Virus record (IMG/VR): IMGVR_UViG_3300020473_000103
Coordinates: 1 to 27,802 of that record
Strand: one strand, 5' to 3'
Length of the DNA: 27,802 nt
Origin: a virus
Lineage: Duplodnaviria; Caudoviricetes
Under the pieces are notes generated by a model. That model saw only the letters and a program-made list of their open reading frames with translations, was not told where the DNA came from and searched no databases. Below, one piece after another: positions 25,673-27,802 of this stretch. The position numbers and the translations under genes are program-made. How positions within the stretch are numbered: the stretch's first letter is position 1; the number at the start of each line of letters is the position of its first letter.

Positions 25673-27301
25673 CTACTTAGTACCAAAAATCTCCGAATTT
25701 CCACTTAGAACTGTATACTTATTTCCAGAAATTGCATATCCACCTCTTCCACCTGTACCTTCACGGGTATTCTCACCTTTTTGTCCATAATTTCCTCCAC
25801 GTCCACCATTTTCACCCTTCTCACCGTCTTCACCTTTATTACCTTTTTTACCAGTATTACCTTTTTTGCCTTTACCACCAGTATTTCCTTGAGTCCAAAA
25901 TCTATTTCCTGATTTTCCCTTAGCCCTATTCGCTCCTCCAGAATAACGATTTACTTTATTACATCTTTTAATTTCACCTGCATTACCATTTTCACCTTCA
26001 CTACCTGCATTACCTGAATTACCTGCTGTTCCTTCTTCTCCTGTTGCACCTACTAATCCAGCTTGACCACTAGAATATGATACACCTGCTCCATGTCCAC
26101 CAAATCCACCATTTCCACCTCTTCCACCTTCTCCACCATTTCCACCATTTCCACCAGCTCCACCTCTTCCACCATTTCCTGCAGCTGCTTGATTAATTGA
26201 GGAAGAATTGAAATTATGCTTATATGTACATCCTAAATTAGCTCTACAATATCTACCACCTGAAGCTTCAGTTTGTGTACATCTAGAGTCTACTAATGAA
26301 TCGAATCCAGTTCTACAACGATTTCCTTGACTGCCATCAGAAGTATTATAATTATCAGATGTATTCCTACAATTATTTTTACATCCTTCAGCAGTAGTAC
26401 ATCCTGCTCTATTTCTAGTACATTTAACATTACGATCCTTTTTTCTCCCATCAAACGGTCTCCATCTTCTTCGTACTCTTCTCACACATCTTTCATCATC
26501 TTGTCTATTATAATTCCATTCATATCCACTACATTTAGAACCAGTAACATTATAATTCTTATAACATCTCATAGAATTAGAATTACCATCAGCTCCATTT
26601 TCTCCTTTATTACCATCAGCCCCTTTATTACCATCAACACCAGTAGCACCTTTCTCACCAGCAGCACCACCACCGCCACCACCAGCAATCATTCCTCCAC
26701 TGGATACACTGATTGAAATATTGGATGAACTACCACCTGGATTAACATATAACGCACCTCCACCATCACTCCCATTAGCATCATTACTTTGTCCACCATC
26801 TCCACCTCTACCTATAATATCTTTATTTACAATAAGTTCAAAATTATGTACATTAACTGAAGGATCAAATTTTGCAGCAGGATCTGTATTAGTATTAGTA
26901 GTACTTGCATCTACATTACCATCAACAATATGATCCTTTTCTACATTTTTTGATAATTCACCAGTATTCCAAGGAGAATCAATATCATAATTGCCACCAG
27001 TCTCATCAGATGTTAGAGTTATTTCTATTTTCTTTACAGTATCTCTATACCCTTCCAAATTCATTGCAGCATCTTCTACTGCACTGGTTTTTACATTACC
27101 AGTATTTGTTCCATCATTAAATCTTGAATCAGGTACAACATGACTAGTTGAAGTTGCAGTAGTCGTTCTTATATAATCAGATACTTTAACTGCTCCAGTA
27201 GGACCACCAAAATTAGTCCTTAATTGACTAAAACTAATAGCACCTGAAGTAAAAAATCTATCGGCATTACCACCATTATATGTTGTATTATGAGTTGGCA
27301 T
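25673..27301 (-). CDS. Glycine-rich gp38-like tail adhesin with Cys-rich insert
   Basis: GAISFSQLR N-terminus; IIGRGGDGG...GGGAL...IAGGGGGG and terminal GGRGGYAISG...IFG follow the T-even gp38 pattern; long (Gxx)n/(GxG)n tracts; late promoter upstream. Confidence 0.75.
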   Translation of the reverse strand: MPTHNTTYNGGNADRFFTSGAISFSQLRTNFGGPTGAVKVSDYIRTTTATSTSHVVPDSRFNDGTNTGNVKTSAVEDAAMNLEGYRDTVKKIEITLTSDETGGNYDIDSPWNTGELSKNVEKDHIVDGNVDASTTNTNTDPAAKFDPSVNVHNFELIVNKDIIGRGGDGGQSNDANGSDGGGALYVNPGGSSSNISISVSSGGMIAGGGGGGAAGEKGATGVDGNKGADGNKGENGADGNSNSMRCYKNYNVTGSKCSGYEWNYNRQDDERCVRRVRRRWRPFDGRKKDRNVKCTRNRAGCTTAEGCKNNCRNTSDNYNTSDGSQGNRCRTGFDSLVDSRCTQTEASGGRYCRANLGCTYKHNFNSSSINQAAAGNGGRGGAGGNGGNGGEGGRGGNGGFGGHGAGVSYSSGQAGLVGATGEEGTAGNSGNAGSEGENGNAGEIKRCNKVNRYSGGANRAKGKSGNRFWTQGNTGGKGKKGNTGKKGNKGEDGEKGENGGRGGNYGQKGENTREGTGGRGGYAISGNKYTVLSGNSEIFGTK

Positions 27302-27330
27302 CTACAATGACAATTACACTTTCTTTTTTT

Positions 27331-27338
27331 TATTTATA
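27331..27338 (-). promoter_or_regulatory. T4 late promoter TATAAATA
   Basis: Exact consensus 30 nt upstream of the adhesin ATG, just downstream of the gp32 terminator. Confidence 0.8.
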
Positions 27339-27346
27339 ACCACAAT

Positions 27347-27378
27347 AAAAAAGGAGACTCAAGTAAATGAATCTCCTT
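27347..27378 (-). terminator. Rho-independent terminator after gp32
   Basis: AAGGAGAUUCA-UUUACU-UGAGUCUCCUU stem (one G-U pair) running into a U tract. Confidence 0.85.
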
Positions 27379-27401
27379 ATATTTTCCTTACTAAGGATTA
27401 A

Positions 27402-27802
27402 TTATTCTGCAGCAAGTTGAGCAAAATAAGATAAGGTATCATCCTCATCTTCACTAGCAGATGCTACACCTGCACCAGCAGCAGCAACAACTTTTTCTGC
27501 TACACCACGATCATTGTCTTCATCAACAACTTCTGGATCTTGACGAACAGTAGTTTTATTACCAAGAACATAACCAAGACGCTTCTTCAAATCTTCATAA
27601 GACTTGAACTGATCAGCAGCAACAAACTCTTCAAGAGAGAATTGTTTCTTCCATAATGCTTCCATTGCATCATCATCATCTAAAATAGGACTTTGAGCAG
27701 CAAACTCAGAAGAGTCATAATTTCTATAACCAGCAACGTTCTTTGCCTTCAATTTGAAGTTAGCACCTTGCCAGAAATCAAATGGATCAATTGCTTCCTC
27801 AT
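27402..27802 (-). CDS. gp32: Single-stranded DNA-binding protein gp32, 5' end outside the window
   Basis: Frame extends to the window edge: EEAIDPFDFWQGANFKLKAKNVAGYRNYDSSEF...FKSYEDLKKRL...EDDTLSYFAQLAAE. Confidence 0.96.
   Translation of the reverse strand, partial: EEAIDPFDFWQGANFKLKAKNVAGYRNYDSSEFAAQSPILDDDDAMEALWKKQFSLEEFVAADQFKSYEDLKKRLGYVLGNKTTVRQDPEVVDEDNDRGVAEKVVAAAGAGVASASEDEDDTLSYFAQLAAE

Noticed and set aside
5500-25675. Many genes end in TAG (5500, 6336, 9795, 10719, 11335, 14468, 20026, 24037, 25673): possible stop-codon reassignment
   Set aside because: The TAGs fall at natural gene ends next to the following start or promoter, conserved genes are not interrupted, and gp26 ends TAG TAA.
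25730-26660. Gly-X-Y tracts as true collagen
   Set aside because: The tracts are short, lack Pro, are mixed with GxG/GG runs and are framed by gp38-type motifs; a polyglycine-II bundle fits better.
89-27120. Short ORF-track entries nested in or antisense to long genes (e.g. 89-280, 382-567, 3811-4101, 5105-5371, 7377-7571, 12941-13141, 19014-19229, 20447-20716, 26327-26716)
   Set aside because: They overlap well-supported genes, have no recognisable motifs, and have the composition of shadow frames.
1-27802. CRISPR array, tRNA/rRNA, intron, intein, homing endonuclease or IS element
   Set aside because: By eye I found no regularly spaced repeats, no intergenic space large enough, and no HNH/GIY-YIG/LAGLIDADG, intein or transposase motifs. 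The gp4 nuclease fold is a core head gene, not a transposon.

Overview
AT-rich segment of a T4-like cyanomyovirus genome (P-SSM2/Syn-like gene order; a Prochlorococcus-type host is only an inference). It covers the tail/baseplate module: the 3' end of gp32, a glycine-rich gp38-like adhesin, a 2OG-Fe(II) oxygenase/DUF6171-like/oxygenase cassette, gp53, gp48, gp2-like, gp4, gp54-like, gp26, gp51 (missed by the ORF track), two tape-measure-like proteins (one with a T4-type lysozyme domain), a gp27-like hub, a gp5 region split over several genes, a third oxygenase, a counter-oriented putative glycosyltransferase, a LamG protein, a cytidylyltransferase and the first ~1700 codons of a giant virion protein. 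T4-type late promoters and sigma70-type promoters are visible. Three observations stand out. (1) A 42-bp, 41/42-identical inverted repeat about 9.2 kb apart lies in the same reading frame in two unrelated, oppositely oriented genes, so inversion would swap their C-termini in frame. (2) The gp38-like adhesin carries a cationic Cys-rich insert and is followed by hydroxylases and a Cys-motif protein, a candidate adhesin maturation or modification system. (3) One oxygenase has an N-terminus that looks doubly frameshifted. All calls come from motif recognition by eye; no database search was run.
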